64,000 bases of DNA, from the NCBI RefSeq assembly GCF_000737315.1, contig NZ_JMCB01000002.1, forward strand, positions 186,001-250,000, written 5' to 3'. The translations under genes and the position numbers were made by a program. Of the stretch, positions 20,726 through 30,138 are shown piece by piece. The notes beneath the pieces are model-generated. The model did not search any database, was not told the DNA's origin, and saw nothing but the letters and a program-made list of their open reading frames with translations. How positions within the stretch are numbered: the stretch's first letter is position 1; every line of letters begins with the position of its first letter. This stretch comes from Hyalangium minutum (GTDB lineage Bacteria > Myxococcota > Myxococcia > Myxococcales > Myxococcaceae).

Positions 20726-23700
20726 CTAGCAGTCCTTCTTCCGCCGGATGTGATACTCGGGGAGCGTCTTGGCGTAGTCAAGCATCTCGCGTAGGCCCTT
20801 ATTGTATTTTCCGCCGAAGAGCTTTCTGACATCACGAATGTCTTTATACAAGCGCTCCCTGAAGAGCAGGTCTTTGTCAATCCTCATGGTGGCTTTCCCT
20901 TTGCCCGCGAACGTCCGGGTGAGCGCGTGATCTGCGTCGGTCATTCCCAGAGCGGGACCTTTGCCCCGGGAAAGCTTGATCTGTTCGAGGAATCTGTTCT
21001 GCGGCATGTGGTGTCCCACCTCGCCTGACTTCTTCAGGGCGTCAAGGACCCTAAAAGCCCCGCCTCTGTTGATGATGCCCATCAACCCCAGCGGGTCCAT
21101 CCAACAGAGCGGATCCGAAACGTACGCGTAAAGGTCTAACCCACCTTCAATCCTGATCGGATCCTGGCTGATGTATCGGCCGATGGAAGGGTCGTAGTAG
21201 CGGTGATAGTTATAATAGAGGCCAGTCTCACCATCCTCATACTGGCCTGGCCACCTCCAGGGACAAGTCGTTCGATAGGTCTCTGTACTGGCAACCCCGA
21301 GGATGTCTAGATGAGACCGCCAAGCTAGGCTCCCAGATTCATCATAGAGTTCCGTTGGCGAGCCAAGTTGATCCGTTACGGCCCAATATCGGCCCGAGGA
21401 GTCTTCTTTGCCGAGGAGCGCAAAGCTTTCCGGCTCAAAGAGCCAGGTTGTGATTCCAGAGTTGCTCGATATCTCATGCAGGACGGCATCCTGATCCCAT
21501 ACCCAGTGGGTCGATGATGATGACTTCTCGGGCCCGCTGACTGTCTTTACGAAGCAACGCTTGCTGATGCGCCTTCCGAATGGATCGTAGGTGAAGTGGA
21601 CACGTAGCCCATCGGAGCGTTTTGCTTCTCTCAAGGTGCCAGCGTCATCCCAGCTGTATTGCCAGGCCATGCCGCCGGGGACAGACTTCCTGATGAGATT
21701 GCCATCGGCATCATAAGTACACTGAACTCCGTGGCCACTTGAAAACTGTCCGCCGGGAAGATTGAAACAGGCTCCCTCCGGGGGATTGCGAGCAGTCCCA
21801 GTAGTACTGTGGCGGGTCTGTCCGTCTGGGTAATGAGCACTCGCAAGGCGGCCATGCAGGTCGTACTCGAAGCGTGTCGTGCCACGGGCCAAGTCGTCAA
21901 TATGGTTGAGGGTGGAGTCGCTCCGCCAAGCGAAAGACCGTTGTTCGAGTAGACCCTGGCTTCCATGGGTTCGTTGCTCAAGGGGCTCGCCGAGCGCTCC
22001 CCGAGCCCATCTGACCATGACGTTGCAAGGGAGATTTCTCCCTAGCTCAAGACCTGCTGGATCCCGGCTGAAAGCCACCTCCCAAGAGCGTTCTCGGCTA
22101 CCGTAGTGGAAGGACGCGACATCTCCTAACACGCTGCGCTTGATGAGTTGCTTGGCTCCATGTGAACTGCTCAGTTCAACGCGTTCGCCCATGGTGTCAT
22201 AGCGCGCTTTAATCCACGACTCCCCGCTCCTCTCTTCGATCAGGCGTCCGAGAGCATCGTGTTGAAAGGAGATGTTGACGTGCTCGTTCTGTGCGGCGCT
22301 GATAACACCGTCGGGCCTGTATTTGAATCTACGGAAAGAGTTGTCGGAGTATCTTACATGGGTGGGGCGCCCCATAGGGTCATACTCATACGTACTTGAG
22401 CGCCCGCTGGGGAGTTGCTCGCGTGCGAGGCGGCCCGCGAGGTCGTATGAATAGGTGCGAATGGCCCCATCAAAACCGATCTCGCGGGAAACCAAGCCTC
22501 GAGGGTCGAGTTCGAACACGAGCCGTTCTCCGTGTTCGTTCACCACCGCGACCAAGTTGTCTTCGGTGTCGTACTCGTAGCGGATGCGCCTCCCCGATTG
22601 CTCAACGGAGGCAAGCTTGTGGAAACCGACATACCCCAGATGTACGGTCTCATGAGGATCGGCAATCTCCAGAAGGTAGCCCTCCGGGTTGTATTTCAGA
22701 TCATAGATGGTGCCATTGGTCTCTGCGATGCGGGTTTGCCGCCCAAGAGCATCGTACCCAATAAGTTGCTCGGCTCCTGATGGATCGCGCGCATTGATAA
22801 TACGTCCAAGACGATCATACTTGTAGACCGTCTTGGTGCCATCGGGTGCGGTAATACAGGTGAGATTTTTGTAACTGTCGTACTCGAAAGCTGCGCATTG
22901 TCCCTCCGGACCAGTGACGAGCGCGAGCAACCCCCCGGAGTAGTGATACTCGTAGAGTGCCCCTTGTGGATTCGTCCTTGCTATGAGGTTTCCACGGAGA
23001 TCATGCCTCCAGTTCCATACGCCACCCGTCGTATCAATAGCTCCAGTTAATAGGTTTCTTGAGTCGTATGAAAGAGTGAATGATGAGTCATCAGGTAAGT
23101 GGATTTTGACGCGGTTGCCGCGGGAGTCGTACTCAAAGTGAGTCTCATGACCATGAGGATTGACCGCGAGAGTTTGGCGCAAGAATTGGTCGTACTCGTG
23201 TTTCCATTCCCCGCCTAGGGGATCAATCTCTCTGACAACGAGTCCTTGCCTACAATGATAGGTGGTTGTGTGGCCAAGGGAGTTCGTGACGAGCGTGATC
23301 TCATGTGTCTTGTCATACGCAAGGCTGTGGTCGTATATCCCCCCATCGCCCCAGGTTCGGATGCACCAGGCCTCTGCGGTTTTTCCATCGTACTCAAAGT
23401 GAAAGCTCAAGCCTGAACGATCTGTTTCTCGGGTCAGTAAGTGGTTGCTGTATGTGTAGCGAAAGTGATTGCCGAGCGCGTCAGAGGCCTCGAGCAAGTC
23501 ACCTGCGTCGGAATAGTGGTAATGGTTGTGAAGGACCAACCCCGGTTGGGTAGGATGCGGCAGCCATACTTTTGTAAGCCGGTGGTTATTATCGTGCTCA
23601 AAACGCACGCGCCGATCTACAGAGTCTGTGAGCCACTCTAAGCACCCATGCTCGTCGTACTTGTAAGTGATGAAGTCGCCCTGGCGATTTTGTGATCTCA

Positions 23701-24757
23701 CCACGTGATATCGCCCTTGAGGTACCAACTGACGGAAGTCGTGTACCAACCCGTCATGCGTCTCAATGGACCAACGCGACTCACTCAGGCGTCTCAAGGT
23801 TAAGCGATTGATAGGGTCATGGATTTCAGTGCCTACAGGCATTCTCCCTCGTGGAGCGCCTGTGGCAGGGAACTCGATCTCGCGCCCATCTTCGGAGCGG
23901 TAGACGACCTGTGCATCTTCTTCCCAGACGGCCATGTCAAGAGAGTGGCTCCATCCGTATCCCAGCGTGGAATCTCTCCAGGAGAGACTTGAAGAGTAAT
24001 TGCGTTCGAATTTGAGAGGGAGCGGCCCTGGAATCTCCCAGTCCAAAGCCTCGGTGACCGTTCTACCCGTGGCGACATCCACGGGATGTCCCGTGAAGTT
24101 GCAAATGCGCTTATGGATCCAGTCGCGCGCGCGTTTGCTCAACTTAAGCTTGTCCATCAGCTTGTCGGCCGCCTTGTGGATACGATCTGACAGCTTTTTC
24201 ATCTTGCGGCTGGCTTTTTGTAGTTTGCGCAGCTTTTTGAGCCCTTTGAGAAGTGCTCCCAACGCGAACTGCGTCAGCATTCCCATCAGAGAGATGGTTG
24301 GCGGTCCCCCCACGCGGACAGGCGGTCCGGCGGGGATGGAGAGGACGATGGAAGAGGGCAGCAGGAGTGTTTTCGCAGCCGGGCCACGCTTTCTCGGGGG
24401 AGAGGGCATGCCAATGTCCTGGCAGCTGAGGACCGGCAGCGTCATATTGGTGAAGGCATCCCCATCTACCGCCACCGTGGCGCTGCCCATGAAAGTCTCA
24501 TTCTCATTGGCGGGCGGCTTAGCGAAGACGCCTCCGATGGGGAAGTGTGGTGGGAGTTCGACGCCTCCCGTGCCAGCCTGGGCCCGCGGCAGGAAGTTCA
24601 CGTTCACCGTGGAACCGATGACGGGGATGTAATCGAATGGATCGAACACCATCCCGATGTGTGGATGGGGAATCGGTATCACTGGCCCAGGAGGGGTAAT
24701 GATGAGGTGAATATCCACTCCCAGGATGGGATCCATGTGCTTTGTCGCTGGCATCAT
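20726..24757 (-). CDS. rhs: Rhs polymorphic toxin: PAAR-like N-terminus, DUF6531, YD/RHS repeats, C-terminal toxin
   Basis: GHPVDVATG (DUF6531-like), LGYGWSH, many YxYDxxGR repeats, core end YNYHRYYDPSIGRYISQDPI and PLCWMDPLGL. ATG 24757 has GGGAGG upstream and an ATGA overlap with the previous gene. Confidence 0.92.
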   Translation of the reverse strand: MMPATKHMDPILGVDIHLIITPPGPVIPIPHPHIGMVFDPFDYIPVIGSTVNVNFLPRAQAGTGGVELPPHFPIGGVFAKPPANENETFMGSATVAVDGDAFTNMTLPVLSCQDIGMPSPPRKRGPAAKTLLLPSSIVLSIPAGPPVRVGGPPTISLMGMLTQFALGALLKGLKKLRKLQKASRKMKKLSDRIHKAADKLMDKLKLSKRARDWIHKRICNFTGHPVDVATGRTVTEALDWEIPGPLPLKFERNYSSSLSWRDSTLGYGWSHSLDMAVWEEDAQVVYRSEDGREIEFPATGAPRGRMPVGTEIHDPINRLTLRRLSESRWSIETHDGLVHDFRQLVPQGRYHVVRSQNRQGDFITYKYDEHGCLEWLTDSVDRRVRFEHDNNHRLTKVWLPHPTQPGLVLHNHYHYSDAGDLLEASDALGNHFRYTYSNHLLTRETDRSGLSFHFEYDGKTAEAWCIRTWGDGGIYDHSLAYDKTHEITLVTNSLGHTTTYHCRQGLVVREIDPLGGEWKHEYDQFLRQTLAVNPHGHETHFEYDSRGNRVKIHLPDDSSFTLSYDSRNLLTGAIDTTGGVWNWRHDLRGNLIARTNPQGALYEYHYSGGLLALVTGPEGQCAAFEYDSYKNLTCITAPDGTKTVYKYDRLGRIINARDPSGAEQLIGYDALGRQTRIAETNGTIYDLKYNPEGYLLEIADPHETVHLGYVGFHKLASVEQSGRRIRYEYDTEDNLVAVVNEHGERLVFELDPRGLVSREIGFDGAIRTYSYDLAGRLAREQLPSGRSSTYEYDPMGRPTHVRYSDNSFRRFKYRPDGVISAAQNEHVNISFQHDALGRLIEERSGESWIKARYDTMGERVELSSSHGAKQLIKRSVLGDVASFHYGSRERSWEVAFSRDPAGLELGRNLPCNVMVRWARGALGEPLEQRTHGSQGLLEQRSFAWRSDSTLNHIDDLARGTTRFEYDLHGRLASAHYPDGQTRHSTTGTARNPPEGACFNLPGGQFSSGHGVQCTYDADGNLIRKSVPGGMAWQYSWDDAGTLREAKRSDGLRVHFTYDPFGRRISKRCFVKTVSGPEKSSSSTHWVWDQDAVLHEISSNSGITTWLFEPESFALLGKEDSSGRYWAVTDQLGSPTELYDESGSLAWRSHLDILGVASTETYRTTCPWRWPGQYEDGETGLYYNYHRYYDPSIGRYISQDPIRIEGGLDLYAYVSDPLCWMDPLGLMGIINRGGAFRVLDALKKSGEVGHHMPQNRFLEQIKLSRGKGPALGMTDADHALTRTFAGKGKATMRIDKDLLFRERLYKDIRDVRKLFGGKYNKGLREMLDYAKTLPEYHIRRKKDC

Positions 24758-26052
24758 GAGGCCTGACCTCCCTTGGTGTTCTTTGGCCGCCAATCCTCGC
24801 CAAGTACGGAGGCGATGGAGGATTCCAGTTCGTGCTCGCCAGGGCGGCCGCGACCGAGTCTCAGCAGCGCCTCACCTACGTAGGGGAGTGTCGAGCTGGC
24901 GCGCGCTTCATCATTCATGGAGCTACCAACCTCCCAAGCACGCTGGCTGAGAGCCCAAGCTTGGTCCGGCTCTCGGGCCATTTCCCGGCACCAGCTCGCC
25001 ATTCGCCAGCACTCGAGTTCCATGGGCGGATCCTTGAGCTCATGAGCCAGAGAGGCCGTGCCCTGGTAGAGCGTGGCGGCTTGTGTGTACTGCTCGGTTG
25101 CCACCAGCGCGGCTCCTTGTGCCATGCGCGACTTGAGCCGCAGCGTTGCTCCTTGAGGATTTCCCTGTTCCTCAGCAGCGGCCGCTGCCGTCTCGGCTTG
25201 TTGATAACGGCTCAGCGCTTCCTGGGGCTTTTGGGTTGCGAGGAGTGCACTGCCCATGACGAAGTGAGCTGTCACCACCAGCGGGTGCCAGCCTTGTGAG
25301 TGCGCCAGCTCCACGGCCTGGGCGCCCAGCCGCTCTGTCTTCGCGGTATCTCCCTTCGACGCGGCATGGCTCATGCGGACGAAGAGATCCCTGAACTGCC
25401 CTCCAGGCGTATTCAGCTGACCTGCCTCCTTCGAGAGTTCCTCCAGGGCTCTTCCCATCTCCAGCCGTGCCACCTGGGTGACGACCCTCTCCGGAAGGGC
25501 TTGGGCCAGGGGCTCCAGCGCGAGAGTCCGGGCGTCATCGAGCACCACGATGCGAACGTGAGTGGCCTGGGCGTTTTCGACGGTCTGGCGCAGCCACTTC
25601 AGCCAAGCACCGTCATCCGCGACGTACTTCGGTATTAGTACGGCGACGAGGTGTTCGCACAAGCTTGCGTAGTGCTCTCGCAACGATGCGCATACCATGA
25701 GAAAAGTGTCCGCGTCCGACTGCCCTCCTGAGAGCGTTGGACACTGCCAATTCGCAGGCAAGCCTGCCTCCGCTAGCCCAACTCGGCTCTCTTGCTCCAT
25801 GGAGAGCAGGGCCTCGCGCAGTTCATCCCCGTACTTGGCTGGGTTCAGGAAGGGAATATCGAAGCGCAGGAAGAGGTCTGGGATCTCGCCCGTGCGCTCG
25901 TCACTCTCCGCCGCCAGAAAGGCTTCCACCATCCGCACTTCGCTCGATTCCACCACCCAACGCAGCAGGCGTGCATCAGGTATCTGGGCGAACTCTGTCC
26001 ATTGGTCATGAAGCAGTTCCAGTCGTTTCATGACTGCGTTCTTCTTGCTCAT
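24754..26052 (-). CDS. Uncharacterised 432-aa protein with C-terminal TPR-like helices between vgrG and rhs (candidate adaptor/chaperone)
   Basis: ATG 26052 lies 28 bp after the vgrG stop and the stop overlaps the rhs ATG. Helical repeats such as QEALSRYQQAETAA and TQAATLYQGTA. No motif of DUF4123, DUF2169 or DUF1795 recognised. Confidence 0.75.
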   Translation of the reverse strand: MSKKNAVMKRLELLHDQWTEFAQIPDARLLRWVVESSEVRMVEAFLAAESDERTGEIPDLFLRFDIPFLNPAKYGDELREALLSMEQESRVGLAEAGLPANWQCPTLSGGQSDADTFLMVCASLREHYASLCEHLVAVLIPKYVADDGAWLKWLRQTVENAQATHVRIVVLDDARTLALEPLAQALPERVVTQVARLEMGRALEELSKEAGQLNTPGGQFRDLFVRMSHAASKGDTAKTERLGAQAVELAHSQGWHPLVVTAHFVMGSALLATQKPQEALSRYQQAETAAAAAEEQGNPQGATLRLKSRMAQGAALVATEQYTQAATLYQGTASLAHELKDPPMELECWRMASWCREMAREPDQAWALSQRAWEVGSSMNDEARASSTLPYVGEALLRLGRGRPGEHELESSIASVLGEDWRPKNTKGGQAS

Positions 26053-26080
26053 GGGGGGCTCCGAGGGCTTTCCCACGCGG

Positions 26081-28231
26081 TTATTGACCGCTGTCTGCGG
26101 GGGTAGGTGCCGTGGGCATGGCCTCGGCCGGCTCAGATGGCGCGGTGGGCTTGGCGCCACTCCCGTCCAGCGCCGCCCCCCCGCTGTTGAGGTTCACCAT
26201 CATTCCGGTCACGGATACACCGGTTGCATCAATCGTGATGAAATTGCCCCCTACCTTCAGCGTGAGCCCTGTGTCCGCCTCGAGGACGATCTTGTCCGAC
26301 TTCAGGTGGATCTCGCTATCTGCCTGCAGGGCATGAATCCCGGTAGCCTTCACTTGAAGGTCCGCTCCCAACGTGATGGACCAAGTTCCGTCTATTTTTT
26401 CGTTGCGGTTGCCCACTACCGTCAGATGGCTGTCTGCGCCCACTTTTTCCGTGCGGCTGGCTTTGACAACGACGTCTGCATTGCCAGGCCCATCAATGCC
26501 GCCCACCAGAAGCTTCCAGTCTCCTCCGATATGGTCCTGGCTATTGCGGTGGACCTTCAGGTTTTTGTCCCGGTAGACCATCTCGTTCTGGTCGCCGACC
26601 TTGCCGTTCTTGCTCTCGGAACCGATGGTCTGATGCCGGTCATGGAGGATGTTCTCAAGCGAGTCGTTTTTGACGTGCACGTCCATGTTGCGCTCGGCGT
26701 GCACGAAGAGCTGCTCGGACTTCTTGCGGTCCTCGAAGCGGATTTCGTTGTAGCCATCTCCGCCCTTGGAACTGTTCGATTTGAGCGTGCTCTTGGTCTT
26801 CTGGTCGGGGAGCTTGTATGGCGGAGGATTGTCACCGTTGTACACGCGCCCGGTGATGATCGGTCGGTCCGGATCTCCCTCGATGAAGTCGACAATGACC
26901 TCGTGACCGATTCGCGGAATGTAGATGGCCCCCCAATGCTGACCCGCCCAGGCGTGGCTCACGCGGATCCAGCACGAGCTGTTCTCGTCCTTCTTCCCCT
27001 CGCGATCCCAGTGGAACTGGACTTTGACGCGGCCGTGCTCATCCGTGTGAATCTCCTCGTTCTTTGGACCGACCACGACGGCGGTCTGCACCCCCCGGAC
27101 GATGGGTTTCGGTGTCACTCGAAGAGGCCGGTAGGGTGTCTTCGCCACGATGCAGGAGAAGTGGTTGGAGTAGCTGAAGTCGCCTCCGCCGGATTCCTCG
27201 TCCAACACCTGGGGCTGATAGCCTTGATGCCCCACGCTGGTGATGAGATATCGGGTGTTGAAGTCGCCGCGCGTGTGATCCGCCAGGGTGAACATGAAGC
27301 CTGGCGTGAGGCGCTCGCAGTCGCTCTCGCCGAACCCTGTCTTGCGGACCGTCTGCCACTCCTCGAGCCGGATTTGGGCAATCGTCTCGCCCTTGGCGGT
27401 AGATCCCCGCCCTGGCAACTGGTACTCGCCAGGGTAGTCGTACACCATGAGATCTGGGTCCTTCTCGGCCTGGAACTTGCCCTCGGTGGACAGCGTGGGC
27501 TTCTTGAAATTGAAGTCCCGGAGCATCACCTGGCCAGGCTGGATCTCCTCGCTGAAGCGGAACCGTTGGACGTGGTCCTCCGTGATGACAGTTCCCGAGA
27601 CGCGCCGGAACGGCACGGTCTCCCCCCGCTTGCCGGCAGGGATGGGCTTGCACGCAGCCGCGCTGTCGCCCATGACCAGGACGTGTTTCGCCGCCGAGTG
27701 CTCAAAGAAGTAGAAGATGCCGTCCTCTTCCAGTAACCGGCTGATGAATGCCCAGTCCGACTCCCGATATTGCACACAGTAGTTGCGGGGCTCGTAGGAA
27801 CCGGTCAGTGCAAATTTGAAGCAATCGCTCGGGATGCCCGCCTTCTTGAGTACTTTTGTGATGATCTGCTCGGTGGTCTCGTCCTGGAAGATGCGGTTGT
27901 CATGGCGGTGCTTGAGTTTCCACACCTGAGGAACCACGGTGACCTGGTAGATCGCGTTCCGCGGCAGGTTGTTGACCTGCTCGAAGCGGCTCACGATTCC
28001 ATGGATGAACCGCGGTTGCCCCTCACTCATCAGGCTGAGCAAGGCAGGCTTGCCCATCACGCTCGCAAAGTCGATCGCGGGGTCCTCGCAAGCAACCTCG
28101 AGCTGGAGCTCGAACTGGCTGGAGATGGACTCATGACCAGAGAACCGGATCACGAGCAGCTTCTCAGGGCACCCGGAGATGGCGAATTGAAACAACAAGA
28201 GATTGCCGGTGGTGGTAGATCTTGCGTCCAT
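26081..28231 (-). CDS. vgrG: T6SS spike protein VgrG
   Basis: FSGHESISSQF, YCVQYRESDWAFISRLLEEDGIFYFF, YDYPG, DEHGRVKVQFHWDR, WIRV, IPRIGHEVIVDFIEGDPDRPII, NEIRFED. No evolved C-terminal effector domain. Confidence 0.96.
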   Translation of the reverse strand: MDARSTTTGNLLLFQFAISGCPEKLLVIRFSGHESISSQFELQLEVACEDPAIDFASVMGKPALLSLMSEGQPRFIHGIVSRFEQVNNLPRNAIYQVTVVPQVWKLKHRHDNRIFQDETTEQIITKVLKKAGIPSDCFKFALTGSYEPRNYCVQYRESDWAFISRLLEEDGIFYFFEHSAAKHVLVMGDSAAACKPIPAGKRGETVPFRRVSGTVITEDHVQRFRFSEEIQPGQVMLRDFNFKKPTLSTEGKFQAEKDPDLMVYDYPGEYQLPGRGSTAKGETIAQIRLEEWQTVRKTGFGESDCERLTPGFMFTLADHTRGDFNTRYLITSVGHQGYQPQVLDEESGGGDFSYSNHFSCIVAKTPYRPLRVTPKPIVRGVQTAVVVGPKNEEIHTDEHGRVKVQFHWDREGKKDENSSCWIRVSHAWAGQHWGAIYIPRIGHEVIVDFIEGDPDRPIITGRVYNGDNPPPYKLPDQKTKSTLKSNSSKGGDGYNEIRFEDRKKSEQLFVHAERNMDVHVKNDSLENILHDRHQTIGSESKNGKVGDQNEMVYRDKNLKVHRNSQDHIGGDWKLLVGGIDGPGNADVVVKASRTEKVGADSHLTVVGNRNEKIDGTWSITLGADLQVKATGIHALQADSEIHLKSDKIVLEADTGLTLKVGGNFITIDATGVSVTGMMVNLNSGGAALDGSGAKPTAPSEPAEAMPTAPTPADSGQ

Positions 28232-28311
28232 AGGAAGGGTCCTCTGCAAAGGCGAAGCGTGGGTGCAGCGGATAGAGTCAGTGAACGGGACGGGCGTGGG
28301 CTTGGAAGCGC

Positions 28312-29040
28312 TCAGCCACCAAGGACAGGAGAGAGGCGGACGTAGCGGCGGCCTTGGACTTGCTCGAGCATGAATGCAGCGACGTCGGCCCGGGAGATGC
28401 CTTCGGGAACTTCGGCCCAGCCGACGGAGACTTCGTAGTTTCCGCGGGCAGGCTCATCCGTCAGCCACGTGGGCCGGACGAGCACCCACTCCAGGGGCAA
28501 CCCGCGGATGGAGTCCAACTGCTGCTCCCAGGCATTGACGCCGGGCGTTCCAAGGAACGGGGCGAGCAATCTGCCCAACAGCCCTCGGCGAACCCAGCCT
28601 TCCTTTTTCGGCGGAGGAGCCAGGCAGATGAGCCGATAGACCCGGTACTTCTGCATCGCAGCCACGATGTTTTCCGTGGCTTTGAGCAGCGCTTCAGCCC
28701 CCTTGCGCCCTGGGAACCCGAGCGCGGAGAGCACGGCTCTTTGCCCTAGCATGGCCGCATCCACCGCGTCTGGATTCAGCACATCGCCTTCGATGACATG
28801 GAGTTTGGGATGCCTCGCCGGCAGTGCTCTTCGGTCCCGTACGAAGGCTGTGACGGTATGCCCCGCGGACAAGGCCTGATTGACCACGTGGCGCCCCGTT
28901 CGCCCCGAGGCTCCAAAGACGAGCAATGGGACTGGCAACTCCTCGGCTTTCTGTTCACGGGTCGGTCCGTAGGCAACCGTGTTCCCGAGTCCAATGACGG
29001 AGACGGTAAACATGTCGTCTGGCTTGTCCATGGTGAACAC
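28312..29040 (-). CDS. NAD(P)H-binding atypical SDR (flavin/biliverdin reductase B-like)
   Basis: Rossmann GASGRTG, IEGDVL, WVLVRPTWL, ISRADVAAFML. Exact start uncertain (29040, 29031 or later). Confidence 0.85.
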   Translation of the reverse strand: MFTMDKPDDMFTVSVIGLGNTVAYGPTREQKAEELPVPLLVFGASGRTGRHVVNQALSAGHTVTAFVRDRRALPARHPKLHVIEGDVLNPDAVDAAMLGQRAVLSALGFPGRKGAEALLKATENIVAAMQKYRVYRLICLAPPPKKEGWVRRGLLGRLLAPFLGTPGVNAWEQQLDSIRGLPLEWVLVRPTWLTDEPARGNYEVSVGWAEVPEGISRADVAAFMLEQVQGRRYVRLSPVLGG

Positions 29041-29056
29041 TCCTTGTTCATGGGGA

Positions 29057-30088
29057 CTACGGCCGGACTTCCGCTGTCTGCGCGGCAGGAACAGGGGGCA
29101 CGCCCATCGGCTTCGGCTGGAGCGGTGCCTCCAGGGGGGTTGGAGAGGAGGCAGGCGTCCAGAGCTTCGCGCCCGCCAGTAGCTCCGGCTCCATCAGCTT
29201 CACCCACAGCGAGGGGATCGTCCCCACCAGCCGGGCATTCTTCACTGCAAGCACGCGCTGGGCCTGCGCGCGCCGGTACAGCAGCGGCGGCAGCGAGGGC
29301 TCTTGAGGATCCAGGTTGTGCATCACCACCTGCTCGTCGAGCACGATGCCCTCGGGCTTCACGGCCAACGTCGAGGTGAACTCGACCTTGCGCTGCAGGC
29401 CGTTGGGCAGCGTGAGCGTTTCCTCTCGGCTCAAGGGGAACCACGCAGGGCCCAGGCAGGATCCATCCTCGCTGCTCGACACGGCCTCGGCGAAGAAGCG
29501 GCCCTGGCGCAGCGGCAGCACGCGCGCCATGCGGCGGCAAACGGGCGGACCCTCATCCGTGCAGACATCCCCCTCCGCCACCAGCACGGTGATGTCCCCG
29601 GCCTGCTCCAGGCGCAGGCGCGACTGGCGCGGGTAGGCGCGCAAGCTTCCCAGCGCACGGACGACAAAGCCTTGCGAGGTCCGCTCGACCAGCCCGACAG
29701 GCCCCAGTCCCTCTCCATTGTCGAACCGGCGTGCGACGACCCAGACCAACCGGAGGTCGGCGCGCACGGTTTCCAGCACGAGATCCTCCTCGGTGAGCCG
29801 TCCCGGAGGCGGGAGCGCCTTGGGCTCCGGGCCGGACTCGCGGCACTCCGCCGCCTCGGGCTCCCGCCACATGACGGGTACTCCCGAGCAGTCCACGGTG
29901 GGAGAGGGAGCAACACCCTGCTCGCGGCTGAACCCATGCAACAGCAGGGCGAACCAGTCGTCCGGGGTGGGCACGATGCGATCGGACATCGCGGCCTCGG
30001 CGATGCACAGCTTGGGCTGAGGCCGCGTCGAGCAGGCGGCGAAGAGGCTGCAAAGTCCTGCGATGACAAGGATTGGCTTCGTGTTCAT
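29057..30088 (-). CDS. Uncharacterised Cys-containing lipoprotein directly downstream of tssG
   Basis: MNTKPILVIAGLCSLFAAC lipobox from ATG 30088. An alternative in-frame ATG at 30142 overlaps the tssG stop (ATGA). Several spaced cysteines. Confidence 0.75.
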   Translation of the reverse strand: MNTKPILVIAGLCSLFAACSTRPQPKLCIAEAAMSDRIVPTPDDWFALLLHGFSREQGVAPSPTVDCSGVPVMWREPEAAECRESGPEPKALPPPGRLTEEDLVLETVRADLRLVWVVARRFDNGEGLGPVGLVERTSQGFVVRALGSLRAYPRQSRLRLEQAGDITVLVAEGDVCTDEGPPVCRRMARVLPLRQGRFFAEAVSSSEDGSCLGPAWFPLSREETLTLPNGLQRKVEFTSTLAVKPEGIVLDEQVVMHNLDPQEPSLPPLLYRRAQAQRVLAVKNARLVGTIPSLWVKLMEPELLAGAKLWTPASSPTPLEAPLQPKPMGVPPVPAAQTAEVRP

Positions 30089-30138
30089 GAGGGTCTCAAG
30101 TCTGGAGAGGGGGGATCCAGTCGGCGGGCGTCGAGTGA

